Positions 39,298-50,764 of a DNA stretch of 64,000 bases are shown one piece after another; positions within the stretch are counted from its first letter, which is position 1, and each line of letters opens with the position of its first letter. Source of the DNA: Campylobacterota bacterium (GTDB taxonomy: Bacteria > Campylobacterota > Campylobacteria > Campylobacterales > Sulfurimonadaceae); assembly GCA_034661055.1 (NCBI GenBank), contig JAYEKO010000015.1:1-64000 (forward strand), given 5' to 3'. The notes below the pieces were generated by a model. The model had not been told where the DNA came from. It searched no databases and was given only the letters and a program-made list of their open reading frames with translations. The position numbers were made by a program, and so were the translations under genes.

Positions 39298-40110
39298 ATG
39301 AAAAAGTTACATGTTCTTGGTTTATCCATATTAGTTGTTCTGCTATCAGCTTGCTCAACAAAAGATTACAATCGTTTTAATAAAAATGTTGAGGAAGAAA
39401 CTGTTGTTAAGGAGCTATCTGATAGACAATATAACAGTGAAGCACTCTTTGAGTGGAAAATCAGAAAGGGTGATCGCGTTGAAATCACTGCCTTTAACCA
39501 GTCCTCTACTGGCTCAGGTACATTAAGTCAACTTTTAAGCACAGGTGGTCAACGTAATGACACTAATCGTGTTGGTGATGAAGGCATGCTTATTCTTTCA
39601 AGTGGTCAAGTCAATTTACCTCTTGTAGGGCTTGTTAAAATCAGTGGCCTGACTGAGACTGAAGCGGCGGAAAAATTAATTAAAGAGTATAAAAAATACC
39701 TTCGTAACCCTTATGTCGCAGTCAAAATTCTTAATCAGAGGCTTTTTGTTTTAGGCGAAGTTAGAAGTCCAGGTACCCTTCTTGTCACCAATGGGACTAT
39801 GACTTTATTTGAAGCACTTGCAAGTAGCGGCGATATTACGGATCAAGCAAAACGCACTAATATTAAAATTATACGTGGAAGTTTACGTAATCCTGAAATA
39901 CGTGAAGTTGATTTGACAGATTTAAATTCCATTCGCTACAACAGTCTAATATTACAACCAAATGATATTGTCTATGTTGATGCTCGAGACGCTAAAGGCT
40001 CAAACGTTGCTATTGCAGAAGAGATGCCATTATTACAGTTAATTTCTGCTATCTTAAACCCATTTACTCAAGCAGCTATTATCAATGATGGATTTGATTT
40101 AAATAACTAA
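39298..40110 (+). CDS. polysaccharide export (Wza/OPX-like) lipoprotein
   Basis: Lipobox LSAC; G..LPLVG.V..SGLT, FVLGEVRSPG SLBB, LQPNDIVYV. Confidence 0.85.
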   Translation: MKKLHVLGLSILVVLLSACSTKDYNRFNKNVEEETVVKELSDRQYNSEALFEWKIRKGDRVEITAFNQSSTGSGTLSQLLSTGGQRNDTNRVGDEGMLILSSGQVNLPLVGLVKISGLTETEAAEKLIKEYKKYLRNPYVAVKILNQRLFVLGEVRSPGTLLVTNGTMTLFEALASSGDITDQAKRTNIKIIRGSLRNPEIREVDLTDLNSIRYNSLILQPNDIVYVDARDAKGSNVAIAEEMPLLQLISAILNPFTQAAIINDGFDLNN

Positions 40111-40133
40111 CAGCTCTAATAGCTGTTAGTTAT
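40103..40133. terminator. bidirectional hairpin between convergent wza-like gene and ugd
   Basis: ATAACTAACAGCT-CTAAT-AGCTGTTAGTTAT, contains both stop codons. Confidence 0.7.
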
Positions 40134-41301
40134 CACTATTAAAGATATCTCTTGTGTAGACCTTTTCTTGCACGTCAAGTAGTTCTTCAGAGAGTCTGTT
40201 GGCTACTATAACATCACTGAGTATTTTAAACTCAGCTAGGTTTTTAATGACTTTTGAGCGAAAAAACTCCTCTTCTTCAAGTACTGGTTCATAAATAATA
40301 ACTTTGATGCCTTTAGCTTTAATGCGCTTCATAATTCCCTGAATAGCAGAGGCTCTAAAGTTATCACTTCCACTTTTCATAACCAGCCTGTAAATACCAA
40401 CAACTTTTGGATTTCTATCTATAATGCTCTTGGCAATAAAATCTTTTCGTGTTGTATTTGCTTCTACTATGGCGCCTATTAAACTATTGGGAACATCTTT
40501 GTAGTTTGCGCGTAGCTGCTTAGTGTCTTTTGGCAAACAGTAGCCTCCATAGCCAAAAGAAGGGTTATTGTAATGATTTCCAATTCTAGGGTCAAGTCCA
40601 ACACCCTCAATAATCTGCTTGGTGTCTAATCCTTGTGATGCTGCATAGGAGTCTAACTCATTAAAATAAGATACTCTCATCGCTAAGTAGGTATTTGAAA
40701 ATAGTTTCACAGCTTCTGCTTCAGTGGAGTCGGTAAAAAGTGTATCTATATCCTCTTTAATAGCACCCTCAGCTAATAGCTTGGCAAAGGTTTCGGCCCG
40801 CTCGGATTTTTCACCTACAATAATTCGTGATGGGTAAAGATTATCATAAAGTGCTTTTCCTTCTCTAAGAAACTCAGGGGAGAAGATGAGATTATTGGTA
40901 TCTAATTCTTTACTAATCTGTTTTGTAAAACCAACAGGTACAGTTGACTTAATAACCATTGTTGCATCAGGATTAATCTGCATAACATCTTTAATTACGC
41001 GCTCCACTAACGATGTGTCAAAATAGTGTGTCTGTGTATCATAATCAGTTGGTGTTGCAATAATGACATACTCAGCACCACTATAAGCTTCATTTTTATC
41101 TAATGTTGCTTTGAAGTTTAAAGGCTTGTTCGCTAAATACTCTTGTATCTCTGTATCTTCTATGGGGGACTCTTTTTGGTTAAGCATCTCTACTTTTTTA
41201 CCAATGACATCTAATGCTATGACCTCATTATGTTGTGCTAATAGTATTCCATTTGAGAGACCGACATACCCTGTTCCTGCTATGGCTATTTTCATATTCA
41301 A
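40126..41301 (-). CDS. ugd: UDP-glucose 6-dehydrogenase
   Basis: [24 protein letters not shown]. Confidence 0.95.
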   Translation of the reverse strand: MNMKIAIAGTGYVGLSNGILLAQHNEVIALDVIGKKVEMLNQKESPIEDTEIQEYLANKPLNFKATLDKNEAYSGAEYVIIATPTDYDTQTHYFDTSLVERVIKDVMQINPDATMVIKSTVPVGFTKQISKELDTNNLIFSPEFLREGKALYDNLYPSRIIVGEKSERAETFAKLLAEGAIKEDIDTLFTDSTEAEAVKLFSNTYLAMRVSYFNELDSYAASQGLDTKQIIEGVGLDPRIGNHYNNPSFGYGGYCLPKDTKQLRANYKDVPNSLIGAIVEANTTRKDFIAKSIIDRNPKVVGIYRLVMKSGSDNFRASAIQGIMKRIKAKGIKVIIYEPVLEEEEFFRSKVIKNLAEFKILSDVIVANRLSEELLDVQEKVYTRDIFNSDN

Positions 41302-42503
41302 CTCTCCTTTAGCTTCTCTTTTAAAATAATTTTCCCTGCTTCAACACCTGGTTGATCATAGGTGTTAATTTGAACAAATTTTCCTACAATTGAGGTTAGT
41401 AACTGGTAGTTAAACATCAGTTTAGCAATGTTATATTCATCCTGTTTGTCAATAGTAATAACATCACAAGGGATATCTTTTAGGTCTTGTATGGCCTTTA
41501 TAGTTGCATCTGCTTGATGCGCTATTAGTTGTGAAAACTCCAAACCATCTATGTACTCTAAGTCATCAAAACCAGTTAGCGTTCCTGATGGTATAACTGT
41601 AGTGTCTTGGAAGTCGTCAATTTTAATAAAGGTAACGGTTTTATCTCTCATACCCTCTGCTATGAGTTGTAAAAAACTGTGCTGATCTACTGGTCCAATC
41701 AGGCCGATAGGCGTGAGTGCCTGACGTGTTTGATTTACATTAAACTTTCCTAAACTCTCACCCCAGAGCTGTACATACCACTTGTTAAAGCCCTCTAATG
41801 CTGTTGAGTAGCTAAAAAGGACATTGATGTTAAATCGGTACTTGTTTTCTACCATAAACCTTGCTTTTTCCATCGTTAGTTTATAATATTCACCTTTAGA
41901 GAAGAAGTTCTCTTTTACCTCTTTCGCCCCTGATAATAGTTTGTCAATATCGACCCCAACAATAGCCAAAGGCAGCAGTCCTACCGCTGAAAATACAGAG
42001 AACCTTCCACCTATATTTTTTGGTATTTCAAATGTTTTTATTTTATGTTTTAAAGCATAAGAGGTTAGTTTACTCTCTTTCTCACTTACAACAACACAGT
42101 TTGATTTGTCTATAGTTACCTGCGCACTTAAATACTTAAAAATACTTATCGTCTCTATTGTCGTTCCCGATTTGCTAACGATAATGAAGCGTGTATCATT
42201 TAAATCTAATCTACTCACTTTTGACTTAATATCAATAGGGTCAGTGGATTCAAAAAAATCTAAATATTTACTGTAGTTGTTTGATTTTTTAAGAAAATCA
42301 TAAATAGCAATTGTCCCAAGCGTACTTCCGCCAATTCCAATAACAGCAATATGTTTTTGTGTGACTGTTTTTGCAAACTCTTTAATAGATGTAGTATCCT
42401 GTAGAGGTAAATTATAATAACCCACATCTTGAACCTCATCTTCTACTGATTTAAAAATACTCTCATTTGACTTAATTTGGTAAAAGTTTCTACTATATTG
42501 CAT
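41298..42503 (-). CDS. pgi: glucose-6-phosphate isomerase
   Basis: [35 protein letters not shown]. Confidence 0.95.
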   Translation of the reverse strand: MQYSRNFYQIKSNESIFKSVEDEVQDVGYYNLPLQDTTSIKEFAKTVTQKHIAVIGIGGSTLGTIAIYDFLKKSNNYSKYLDFFESTDPIDIKSKVSRLDLNDTRFIIVSKSGTTIETISIFKYLSAQVTIDKSNCVVVSEKESKLTSYALKHKIKTFEIPKNIGGRFSVFSAVGLLPLAIVGVDIDKLLSGAKEVKENFFSKGEYYKLTMEKARFMVENKYRFNINVLFSYSTALEGFNKWYVQLWGESLGKFNVNQTRQALTPIGLIGPVDQHSFLQLIAEGMRDKTVTFIKIDDFQDTTVIPSGTLTGFDDLEYIDGLEFSQLIAHQADATIKAIQDLKDIPCDVITIDKQDEYNIAKLMFNYQLLTSIVGKFVQINTYDQPGVEAGKIILKEKLKES

Positions 42504-42519
42504 TTAAGACTCCTAAATC

Positions 42520-43374
42520 CTAACTCTTTTTTTCATAAAAATAGTTAGTCGCTTCAACAAACCCATCAACTGAACCACAGTCAAAACGTCTTCCTTCAAA
42601 TTTATAGGCCAATACTTTACCTTGCTTTGCTAAGGTTAAAAGAGCATCTGTAATCTGGATTTCACCACCTTTGCCTGGCTTTGTCTCCTCAAGAACATCA
42701 AAAATCTCTGGTATTAAGATATATCTTCCAATAATAGCTAAATTACTGGGAGCATCTTTTGGGTCTGGCTTTTCTACCATGTTATTAACTTGAAAAAGAT
42801 TAGGTGCAATCTCCTCTCCTGCAATAACACCATATTTATTAGTCTGCTCTTTAGGAACTTCTTCTATTGCAACAATACAGCAATCAGAATACTTCTCATA
42901 AATATCAATCATTTGGCTTAAAACAGCTTTGCCGCCATTATCACACAAGTCATCTGCTAAAATAACTGCAAATGGCTCTTCTCCTATAAGTGTATGACCT
43001 GTTAATATCGCATGACCAAGACCTTTCATCTCTACTTGCCTTGTATAGCTAAAAGTATATTGGCTGACAATATCTCTAACTTCTGTCATCAAGCACTCTT
43101 TTGAGGTGCCATCTATCTGATGTTCTAGCTCATAAGACCTATCAAAATGGTCTTCAATAGCCCGCTTTCCACGACCTGTAACAATAGCCATAGTATCTAT
43201 TCCCGCTTCAATAGCCTCTTCTACACCATACTGAAGTAACGGTTTAGTCAATACAGGTAGCATCTCTTTAGGAATCGCTTTAGTTGCTGGTAAAAACCGT
43301 GTTCCATACCCTGCTGCCGGAAATAGGCATTTCACTATGCTATGGTCTTCTTTTCTACGCTTCAAATTACTCAT
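42520..43374 (-). CDS. galU: UTP--glucose-1-phosphate uridylyltransferase
   Basis: PAAGYGTRFLPATKAIPKEMLP, GLGHA, GEIQITD. Confidence 0.96.
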   Translation of the reverse strand: MSNLKRRKEDHSIVKCLFPAAGYGTRFLPATKAIPKEMLPVLTKPLLQYGVEEAIEAGIDTMAIVTGRGKRAIEDHFDRSYELEHQIDGTSKECLMTEVRDIVSQYTFSYTRQVEMKGLGHAILTGHTLIGEEPFAVILADDLCDNGGKAVLSQMIDIYEKYSDCCIVAIEEVPKEQTNKYGVIAGEEIAPNLFQVNNMVEKPDPKDAPSNLAIIGRYILIPEIFDVLEETKPGKGGEIQITDALLTLAKQGKVLAYKFEGRRFDCGSVDGFVEATNYFYEKKS

Positions 43375-43518
43375 AACTACCCCATGTACTATTTTAAAAT
43401 TCACTCTAAATTAAAATATTTCTATTTATGTAAAAGAATAGCATAAAATAAATCATGACATAATGAATCTGTTAGTTTAAAGAAAAAGTAGAAAGAAGTA
43501 GTGGTTAATAAGAGAGGG

Positions 43519-43547
43519 TAACAACTTGCCCGAAGGCTAAGTTATTA
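43519..43547 (-). terminator. rpsU terminator hairpin with C(UUCG)G loop
   Basis: Minus strand TAATAACTTAGCC-TTCG-GGCAAGTTGTTA. Confidence 0.6.
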
Positions 43548-43757
43548 CAGACGTGATTCGTAACGTCTCATCATATAAAGACGTTTAAGCATTTTCTTAC
43601 GAGCTGAAATTTTCTGCTTCTTGCGCTTTTCAGTTTCTGTTTCGTGGAAACGACGAGCACGTGCTTCAGTAACAATCAGATTACGATCTGTCTGTTTTTT
43701 GAAACGACGGTAAGAGGCATCAAAGTTATCATCATGACGTAGTACAATACCTGGCAT
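43545..43757 (-). CDS. rpsU: 30S ribosomal protein S21
   Basis: MPGI...[15 protein letters not shown]. Confidence 0.96.
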   Translation of the reverse strand: MPGIVLRHDDNFDASYRRFKKQTDRNLIVTEARARRFHETETEKRKKQKISARKKMLKRLYMMRRYESRL

Positions 43758-43841
43758 TCACATCACCTACTTTCTGTTAAAATTTTTAGGACCGAATTAT
43801 AGCCAAATAAATTTCAAAGTACAAGTCAGTTATAATTCCTT

Positions 43842-45488
43842 ATGATTGCAGCAGACTCCATTGAAGGGCTAAAGGCCCGGCTTGATATTGTTGATGTTAT
43901 TGGCGGCTACATTGAGCTGCGAAAAGCGGGGGCAAACCATAAGGGAAATTGCCCTTTTCATGATGAAAAAACACCCAGTTTTGTAGTCAGTCCACAAAAA
44001 CAAATCTACCACTGTTTTGGCTGTGGTGCCGGCGGAGACAGCATTAAGTTTGTTATGGAGCATGACAAGCTCAGCTACCCTGAAGCTATCGAAAAACTGG
44101 CAGACTCATGTAACTATACGCTCTCCTACACTAAAGGTACTCAAAAAAAGACCGATACAAAGATTATTGAATCTCTAAATGGATGGTATCAGACACTTTT
44201 AGAAAAAAACATCACTGCTAAATCCTACTTAGTTGAACGTGGGATTTATGCCTCTTCAATTGAGCGCTTTGGTATTGGTTATGCTCCCTCTTCAAACGAT
44301 ACACTCAACTATTTAAAAAGTAATATGTACAATATGACAGAAGCCATTGAGCTAGGTGTAGTTGGTAGTGGCGAGAACAATATTTATGCCCGTTTTATTG
44401 AACGTATTACCTTTCCGATCTATGCAGCAAATGGTACTGCTGTAGGTTTTGGAGGACGGACAATCAGTGGACACTCTGCCAAATATGTCAACTCTCCGCA
44501 AACCAAACTGTTTAATAAATCACGTCTTCTTTATGCTTATGATGTAGCTAAGGATGCCATCTACAAAAAAAGCGAGATGATTGTAACCGAGGGCTATCTT
44601 GATGTCATAATGCTCCATCAGGCAGGCTTTAACAATGCCGTAGCAACACTTGGAACGGCTTTAACACCTGAACATCTGCCGCTACTGCGTAAAGGTGACC
44701 CACGCATCATTATGGCCTATGATGGAGATAATGCCGGAATAGCTGCAGCACTGAAAGCAGCTAAGCTTTTAAGTGCTGCCGGATTTGATGGGGGTGTGGT
44801 TATTTTTGCAGAGGGAGTTGACCCTGCTGATATGGTAAAAAATGGAAAAATTGAGGAGTTAAACACCCTCTTTCGTTCGGCAAAGCCTTTTATTGAGTTT
44901 GTTCTTGATTTAGGAATTGGTCAATACGATTTAAGCAATCCCAAAGAGAAAGAGAAAGCGATGCATGAGGGAGTGGGCTACCTAAAAACACTCTCACCAC
45001 TGCTACAAGAGGAGTATAAAAACTACTTTTCATCCAGACTTGGGCTCTCTCCATCACTCATTAAGATCTCTGCTCAGACTCAAAATAGCAGCACTACTGC
45101 ACCTGTTAGCAACTATGGTGATGCGTGGGAGCGCAGTTTAATTAAAACAGCCGTAGAAAACCCCCAGTACATTAACCAGATTGTCGACTCTTTTAGCAGT
45201 TCACTGCTTCAGCATCATGCTAATGAGCTCGAACTTGTTCTGCGTGGGCAACTTGATGACCCACGAGTCATGGCTATTGTCATAGATGATAAGAACCCAA
45301 GTTTTAAAGATACACAACATCTTAACGACAATCTAATCTTTTTTCTTAGAAACCACTATGAAAAAGCTCTAAAACAGGTAAAATTTCAACAAGAGTTACC
45401 ACTAGATAAAAAATCTTTTCTTATACGATCATACAGAAATAAAATTGCAAAATTAAAACGGGGCGAGTTAGTACCCTATGAAGGATAA
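43842..45488 (+). CDS. dnaG: DNA primase
   Basis: CPFHDEKTPSF..CFGC zinc finger; KYVNSP; EGYLD; YDGD Toprim. Confidence 0.97.
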   Translation: MIAADSIEGLKARLDIVDVIGGYIELRKAGANHKGNCPFHDEKTPSFVVSPQKQIYHCFGCGAGGDSIKFVMEHDKLSYPEAIEKLADSCNYTLSYTKGTQKKTDTKIIESLNGWYQTLLEKNITAKSYLVERGIYASSIERFGIGYAPSSNDTLNYLKSNMYNMTEAIELGVVGSGENNIYARFIERITFPIYAANGTAVGFGGRTISGHSAKYVNSPQTKLFNKSRLLYAYDVAKDAIYKKSEMIVTEGYLDVIMLHQAGFNNAVATLGTALTPEHLPLLRKGDPRIIMAYDGDNAGIAAALKAAKLLSAAGFDGGVVIFAEGVDPADMVKNGKIEELNTLFRSAKPFIEFVLDLGIGQYDLSNPKEKEKAMHEGVGYLKTLSPLLQEEYKNYFSSRLGLSPSLIKISAQTQNSSTTAPVSNYGDAWERSLIKTAVENPQYINQIVDSFSSSLLQHHANELELVLRGQLDDPRVMAIVIDDKNPSFKDTQHLNDNLIFFLRNHYEKALKQVKFQQELPLDKKSFLIRSYRNKIAKLKRGELVPYEG

Positions 45489-45494
45489 TAATTT

Positions 45495-46472
45495 ATGAAA
45501 GCCATCTCACTTTTTAGCGGCGGTTTAGACTCTGCCTTGGCGATTAAACTTGTAGTAAATCAAGGAATAGATGTCATTGCCTGTAATATAAATACCGGAT
45601 TTGGAGCCACTAAGGATCGCGGTGAACATATGAGAAATATGTGCAAACAAGTAGGTGCTGAGTTTATGGTGATTGATATTCAGAGTGAGTACCTACAAGA
45701 GGTACTTTTTGATCCAAAATATGGTTACGGAAAACATTTTAACCCTTGTATTGACTGTCATGCCAAGATGTTTGAGGTCGCCAAACGTATTATGGATGAT
45801 GTTGGAGCAAGCTTTTTAATTAGTGGTGAAGTTCTTGGTCAACGTCCAATGAGCCAAAATGCAGATGCTTTGGCTAAAGTACTTGACTTAAGCAGTTGTG
45901 ATGGGCTACTTATACGTCCACTCTCAGCAAAACTACTAGCACCTACTATTGCCGAAGAGCAAGGTTGGGTTGATAGAGAAAAACTTGAAGGCATTAGTGG
46001 AAGAAGTCGTGATCGTCAGATGGAACTGGTTAAAGAGTATGAGTTAAAAGATTATGAGAGTCCAGGGGGTGGATGCCTCCTAACAGATGAGAACTTTACT
46101 AAAAAAATGCATGACTTTGTCGCTTATGAACCATTAGAGGTCCGTGATATTCCCGTACTTAAGTTTGGTCGCCACTTAAGACTTGATGATGGTGCCAAGC
46201 TTGTTGTTGGTCGAAACAAGGATGAAAATGCCTTTATTCAAGATATTGACAACAGCAAGTTTTTACATGTAAAAACTGTTGGTATTCCAGGACCCCATGC
46301 ACTACTCTCAAGCAGTGCCAGTGATGCAGACAAAGCGCTTGCTGCAAAAATAGTTCTAAACTACTGTAAAACATCATCAGGCTCTCAATACAACCTTGAT
46401 TTTGACGGCACACTAGTTGAAGCATCTCCATTTCCAACACGAGAAGAGGCGACTAAATATTCAATTTTATAA
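45495..46472 (+). CDS. PP-loop ThiI/MnmA-like tRNA sulfurtransferase family protein
   Basis: SGGLDS, NPCIDCH, GEVLGQRPMSQ, GGCLLTD. Confidence 0.8.
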   Translation: MKAISLFSGGLDSALAIKLVVNQGIDVIACNINTGFGATKDRGEHMRNMCKQVGAEFMVIDIQSEYLQEVLFDPKYGYGKHFNPCIDCHAKMFEVAKRIMDDVGASFLISGEVLGQRPMSQNADALAKVLDLSSCDGLLIRPLSAKLLAPTIAEEQGWVDREKLEGISGRSRDRQMELVKEYELKDYESPGGGCLLTDENFTKKMHDFVAYEPLEVRDIPVLKFGRHLRLDDGAKLVVGRNKDENAFIQDIDNSKFLHVKTVGIPGPHALLSSSASDADKALAAKIVLNYCKTSSGSQYNLDFDGTLVEASPFPTREEATKYSIL

Positions 46473-46527
46473 ATTTTTCAATTAATAGTGTGTATACTGT
46501 TTCACAACTAATCACAAAGGGTATTTT

Positions 46528-46932
46528 ATGGCAGGTGTTCACTTTTCTTATGATGATACAAAATCCCTACTTGAACTTAACATAGGTATTGCAGATAGGC
46601 TTGATGATAATAGGTCTGAGAGTTTCACTATTTTATATTGTGACTTTCAAAAACTGAGTGATGACGCAATTTTACAAAGTTTAGAGCGAGTACTAAGAGG
46701 TTCTGATGCTATTGTAAACAGCGAGAAAGACTACTTCTTTATTCTACCCTACACTGACAAATACGGCTCTACCATCGTTAAAAATATGTTTGAAGAATTC
46801 TTTGATGTTTATATCCCCTCTTCTGAGGTCAGCTATCCGCTAAATGGTGAAACACCCCAAGAGCTACTATTTTCACTCCAAGCAGGCGTACATAAACTTC
46901 TAAACAGAGACTTGGAGTGTCTTGACCTCTAA
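46528..46932 (+). CDS. stand-alone degenerate GGDEF-like domain protein
   Basis: LRGSD..FFILPYTD..SYP..G fold pattern without GG(D/E)EF. Confidence 0.55.
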   Translation: MAGVHFSYDDTKSLLELNIGIADRLDDNRSESFTILYCDFQKLSDDAILQSLERVLRGSDAIVNSEKDYFFILPYTDKYGSTIVKNMFEEFFDVYIPSSEVSYPLNGETPQELLFSLQAGVHKLLNRDLECLDL

Positions 46933-46937
46933 AAAAA

Positions 46938-47420
46938 CTACTCTTTAAAAGAGTAGTACGATGACTTTTTATAGTAAGCCAATGCTTCTTCAAGCTCAAT
47001 TTTATGCAAAAGATGTACATCATATATACATAAACAAGGTTTAGGAGAGACGACTTTAGGCAGAAGTTGTAGAGCCTTTTTGCTAGCGTTACTCAAATCT
47101 TCTATTGCAACACCTTTTTTCTCAAGTGTAGCTACTGCTTTTTTGACAGACCCACCTACAATAAAAGCATCACGTGCAATTTTACACCGAATTTTAGGAA
47201 GTGCATTTCTAGCTATTTTTTTACTTTTAAAAGGGCCTAAAAAGACTTTTTTTCTACTATCGGCTTCAATGATGTCATGGTTAAAACCATTCTGTTTTAT
47301 CTTGATTAAAAAAGACTTTGCTACACCACTAGACTCTTTAATGCTACTAACTTGCACCCAATAAGGAGATGCAAAAAGTGATAGAGAAGATGTTAATAAA
47401 ATTGTGATTACTGTTTTCAT
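46938..47420 (-). CDS. SPOR-domain protein
   Basis: Signal peptide; YWVQVSS...VFLGPF..A...ARDAFI. Confidence 0.8.
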   Translation of the reverse strand: MKTVITILLTSSLSLFASPYWVQVSSIKESSGVAKSFLIKIKQNGFNHDIIEADSRKKVFLGPFKSKKIARNALPKIRCKIARDAFIVGGSVKKAVATLEKKGVAIEDLSNASKKALQLLPKVVSPKPCLCIYDVHLLHKIELEEALAYYKKSSYYSFKE

Positions 47421-47452
47421 GAAAGAAGATATCGGCAAAGCCTTAAAAAGCT

Positions 47453-47704
47453 TTAAACCGTATTGTAACGATTAATGATTTTTTTAACTCTATTTTTGAG
47501 TTTACGCAGAGCATCGGTTGAATCTTTTCCGTCTGCTGTTAAATTTTCAAAATAGACACTATCATCAAATTGAACTTTTGCCACCCATCCAATGGTAGAG
47601 TGGTATTTTACTCCAACAAAACGAACTTGACCAAAGTGCTCTTCACATAACTCTGTAATTCTCATAATACGATCTGAATCAGTTTTTCTAGATTTATCTG
47701 ACAT
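47453..47704 (-). CDS. small hypothetical protein
   Basis: 83-aa ORF with AGGAG RBS. Confidence 0.7.
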   Translation of the reverse strand: MSDKSRKTDSDRIMRITELCEEHFGQVRFVGVKYHSTIGWVAKVQFDDSVYFENLTADGKDSTDALRKLKNRVKKIINRYNTV

Positions 47705-47760
47705 TACCACTCCTTATAAAAATATATTTTAGTTATTTTACACTAATTTTGCAAACAGAA

Positions 47761-47862
47761 CTACTCATCACTTTTGTCGTTAACAGCACGAACAAATCCA
47801 ACAACACCAACACCCACCACAACTATTAAAAATATAATCTGAACATACTCTAAAACACCCAT
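47761..47862 (-). CDS. 33-aa single-TM small protein coupled to rlmN; missed by ORF track
   Basis: [38 protein letters not shown] overlap with rlmN stop; AGGAG RBS. Confidence 0.7.
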   Translation of the reverse strand: MGVLEYVQIIFLIVVVGVGVVGFVRAVNDKSDE

Positions 47863-48929
47863 TACAACTCCTGTTTCTCTTTCTCTTTTAACTGTCCACA
47901 TGCCGCACTAATATCAATACCTTTTGAATCACGAATAGTACACAGCAGTCCATGATTAACTAGGTACTCTTGAAACTCAATCATACTTTTTTTGCTAGGT
48001 CGTTCATATGGAGTATCAGGATAGGGATTAAAATAGATTAGGTTCACCTTCGCTTTAATACCGTGTAAAAGTTTGACCAATTTTTTAGCCGACTGCTGAT
48101 CATCATTTTTACCTTTAATGACAAGGTACTCAAACATTACACGTTTTCGGGTATCGATTGGAAAGCGTTTGATTGCCTCAATAATGGAGGCGATATTATG
48201 TGCTTTATTCATAGGAATTAACTCTGTACGAAGGTCATCATCTACTGCATGAAGAGAGATAGCAATATGAACACCCAAATCCATCTCCCCAAGCTTATCT
48301 ATCTTACTACTAAGTCCACTCGTTGAGACCGTTTGACGTTTTGGTGAGATAGCAAAACCGTCATCATCAGCAAATATTTTAATGGCTTTGGCAAGATTGT
48401 CCAGATTATCTAGTGGTTCACCCATTCCCATATAGACAATATTTAAGCGTCTGTTAGCTGCTATGTTATTATCTTTTTTAAGCTCTAAAACTTGTGCTAC
48501 TATCTCACCTGAAGTTAGGTCACGGGTAAATCCACCTTTAGCAGTAAGACAGAAAGCACATCCTACTTTACAGCCCACTTGCGTGGAGACACAGACCGTA
48601 TATTTCGCATGATGTAGCAGATTTCCCTCACTATCGAGTTCGTCTTCTTTCATCCTAAGAAGAACACTCTCTACAGTTTTTCCATCAGGAAGCTCAAATA
48701 GGTACTTAATAGTACCGTCACTTGACTCCTCTTTTTTTAAGATACTCAGTGGTGTAATGTTATATTTTACATGTAAATCTTCACGCATCACTTTTGGAAG
48801 ATTTTTCATCTCTTCAAAACTGTTGGCATATTGCGCGTAGAGCCATCCGAAGATCTGTTTGGCACGAAAAGAGGGTTTAATAGCTTGAGCAAGTTCCTCT
48901 TTGGTATAGTCTAAAATAGTTGGCTTCAT
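47862..48929 (-). CDS. rlmN: 23S rRNA A2503/tRNA A37 methyltransferase (radical SAM)
   Basis: [32 protein letters not shown]. Confidence 0.96.
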   Translation of the reverse strand: MKPTILDYTKEELAQAIKPSFRAKQIFGWLYAQYANSFEEMKNLPKVMREDLHVKYNITPLSILKKEESSDGTIKYLFELPDGKTVESVLLRMKEDELDSEGNLLHHAKYTVCVSTQVGCKVGCAFCLTAKGGFTRDLTSGEIVAQVLELKKDNNIAANRRLNIVYMGMGEPLDNLDNLAKAIKIFADDDGFAISPKRQTVSTSGLSSKIDKLGEMDLGVHIAISLHAVDDDLRTELIPMNKAHNIASIIEAIKRFPIDTRKRVMFEYLVIKGKNDDQQSAKKLVKLLHGIKAKVNLIYFNPYPDTPYERPSKKSMIEFQEYLVNHGLLCTIRDSKGIDISAACGQLKEKEKQEL

Positions 48930-49465
48930 GAAGTTAGCTCTCTGATTCTCTGATTTACATGTAGTGTCAGTTTTGCTTTGGCCGCTTCATGATTTTTTAA
49001 AAAGTCAGCATGGGCACTATTATTACAAAAATTTGTTACGCAAAAGACTCCGCCAGCTGGAATATTAAACTCCTGTGCAACTCTAAGCACCGAAAAGAAT
49101 TCCATGTTTTCTAGACCAATTCCCAAAGGCAGAAATTTCTGTACCAAATCAAAGTCCGTAGAGATATAGTTTGATGAGTTAATGACAATATCTTTTATAT
49201 TTTTTGTTTGCGTTGAGACAACGTTATCTAAAGGCGTGTAGCCTATATTTTGTAAAAACGATAACTCAATGTTAGATGCTGTTTTAGATTCGACAATATC
49301 TAAAATTTGATGTTCACCGTAGCTTCCCGCACTTCCCACAAACAGCAGAAATTCCGGTTTATCAAAAAGACAGAGTCTTGTTAAGTTAATAGCTGTTTCA
49401 ACAAGCCCTACACCAGTAGGTGTCGCAAAATCAAAGGTTTCACTATTTCCTGCACAGATAATCAT
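48926..49465 (-). CDS. purine/MTA nucleoside phosphorylase family protein
   Basis: GVG, FVGSAG, ENME, VTN. Confidence 0.8.
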   Translation of the reverse strand: MIICAGNSETFDFATPTGVGLVETAINLTRLCLFDKPEFLLFVGSAGSYGEHQILDIVESKTASNIELSFLQNIGYTPLDNVVSTQTKNIKDIVINSSNYISTDFDLVQKFLPLGIGLENMEFFSVLRVAQEFNIPAGGVFCVTNFCNNSAHADFLKNHEAAKAKLTLHVNQRIRELTS

Positions 49466-50220
49466 AAGCGTACCGCAATATTATTATCATGTAGATAGTG
49501 TTTTAAATCCATGATATCGATCTCTTTGTAATGAAATATAGAAGCAGCAAGTGCGGCATCAGCACCATATTCAAATGCCTCTTTAATATGCTCCATTGTC
49601 CCTGCCCCACCACTGGCAATAATAGGGATGTTAAGTAGTTCACTTAGCTCTTGTGTAATAGGAATGTCAAAGCCTTCCTTAGTGCCATCTGCATCCATAG
49701 AAGTTAAAAGAATCTCTCCTGCTCCACGGTCTGCTACCTCCTTAGCCCATGCTACCGCATCAATGCCAGTATCGACACGACCGCCATTGAGATAGACATT
49801 ATATCGACCATTAGTCTGCTTAACATCAATAGCTACTACAATACATTGCGATCCAAAACGTTTAGCTCCCTCATTAATAAGCTCAGGACGTTTAATTGCT
49901 GCGGAGTTAACGCTGACCTTGTCGCAACCTACATGTAAAAGTGCATAAATATCTTCTAGTTTCCTAATTCCTCCACCGACAGTCAATGGAATAAAAACCT
50001 CTTTAGCCACTTTCTCAACAATGTCTACAATAGTGTCGCGACCTTCATGTGAAGCTCCAATGTCTAAAAAAGTAATCTCATCAGCACCCTCTTCATTATA
50101 ACGCTTAGCTACCTCAACAGGATCACCTGCATCACGCAAACCTACAAAGTTAACACCTTTAACAACACGTCCATCTTTAACATCAAGACAGGGAATAATT
50201 CTTTTGGCAAAATAGTCCAT
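49462..50220 (-). CDS. hisF: imidazole glycerol phosphate synthase cyclase subunit
   Basis: [32 protein letters not shown]. Confidence 0.97.
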   Translation of the reverse strand: MDYFAKRIIPCLDVKDGRVVKGVNFVGLRDAGDPVEVAKRYNEEGADEITFLDIGASHEGRDTIVDIVEKVAKEVFIPLTVGGGIRKLEDIYALLHVGCDKVSVNSAAIKRPELINEGAKRFGSQCIVVAIDVKQTNGRYNVYLNGGRVDTGIDAVAWAKEVADRGAGEILLTSMDADGTKEGFDIPITQELSELLNIPIIASGGAGTMEHIKEAFEYGADAALAASIFHYKEIDIMDLKHYLHDNNIAVRL

Positions 50221-50317
50221 ATAATATCTCTTGTTCTTTTATTACCGCAAGTATAAAGAAAAATCACTTAACAACAGTGTATAATTCATTTTTACATGTA
50301 ATTTACAGGAAGTATTT

Positions 50318-50764
50318 ATGCAAGATGAGATGGTATCGGTCTTTATTGACCACATGAACAGCCCAAGAAACTATGGAAAATTAGAGAGCTATGACGGTTG
50401 CGGTATTGGCAAGAACCCACAAAATGGCGAGAGTGTAATTGTCTATTTTAAACTAAAAGATGCACTAATTAATGAGATTGCCTATCAAGTAAAGGCTTGT
50501 AGTACTACCGTTGTCAGCGGCTCTATTTTTACCGACACAGTTAAGGGTGTAAGCCTACTAGAAGCACAAACGCTTACTAACATTATGTTAGAATCTCTAG
50601 AGAGTGTTCCAGAGGAAGAGGCAGCCTGTTCTGAAATTGTTGCTGCTGCATTTTTAGCAGCACTGGAGCATTACGAAAACTTAAAAATAGACAAAGATGC
50701 TCTTATGGTCACTAAACTAACAGCAAAAGAGTGCAATCCGGAGATAGCAGATGAATCAAAATAA
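50318..50764 (+). CDS. IscU/NifU-N-like protein
   Basis: DHMNSPRNYG; KAC and AAC cysteines present, first Cys motif is NPQNGE. Confidence 0.75.
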   Translation: MQDEMVSVFIDHMNSPRNYGKLESYDGCGIGKNPQNGESVIVYFKLKDALINEIAYQVKACSTTVVSGSIFTDTVKGVSLLEAQTLTNIMLESLESVPEEEAACSEIVAAAFLAALEHYENLKIDKDALMVTKLTAKECNPEIADESK

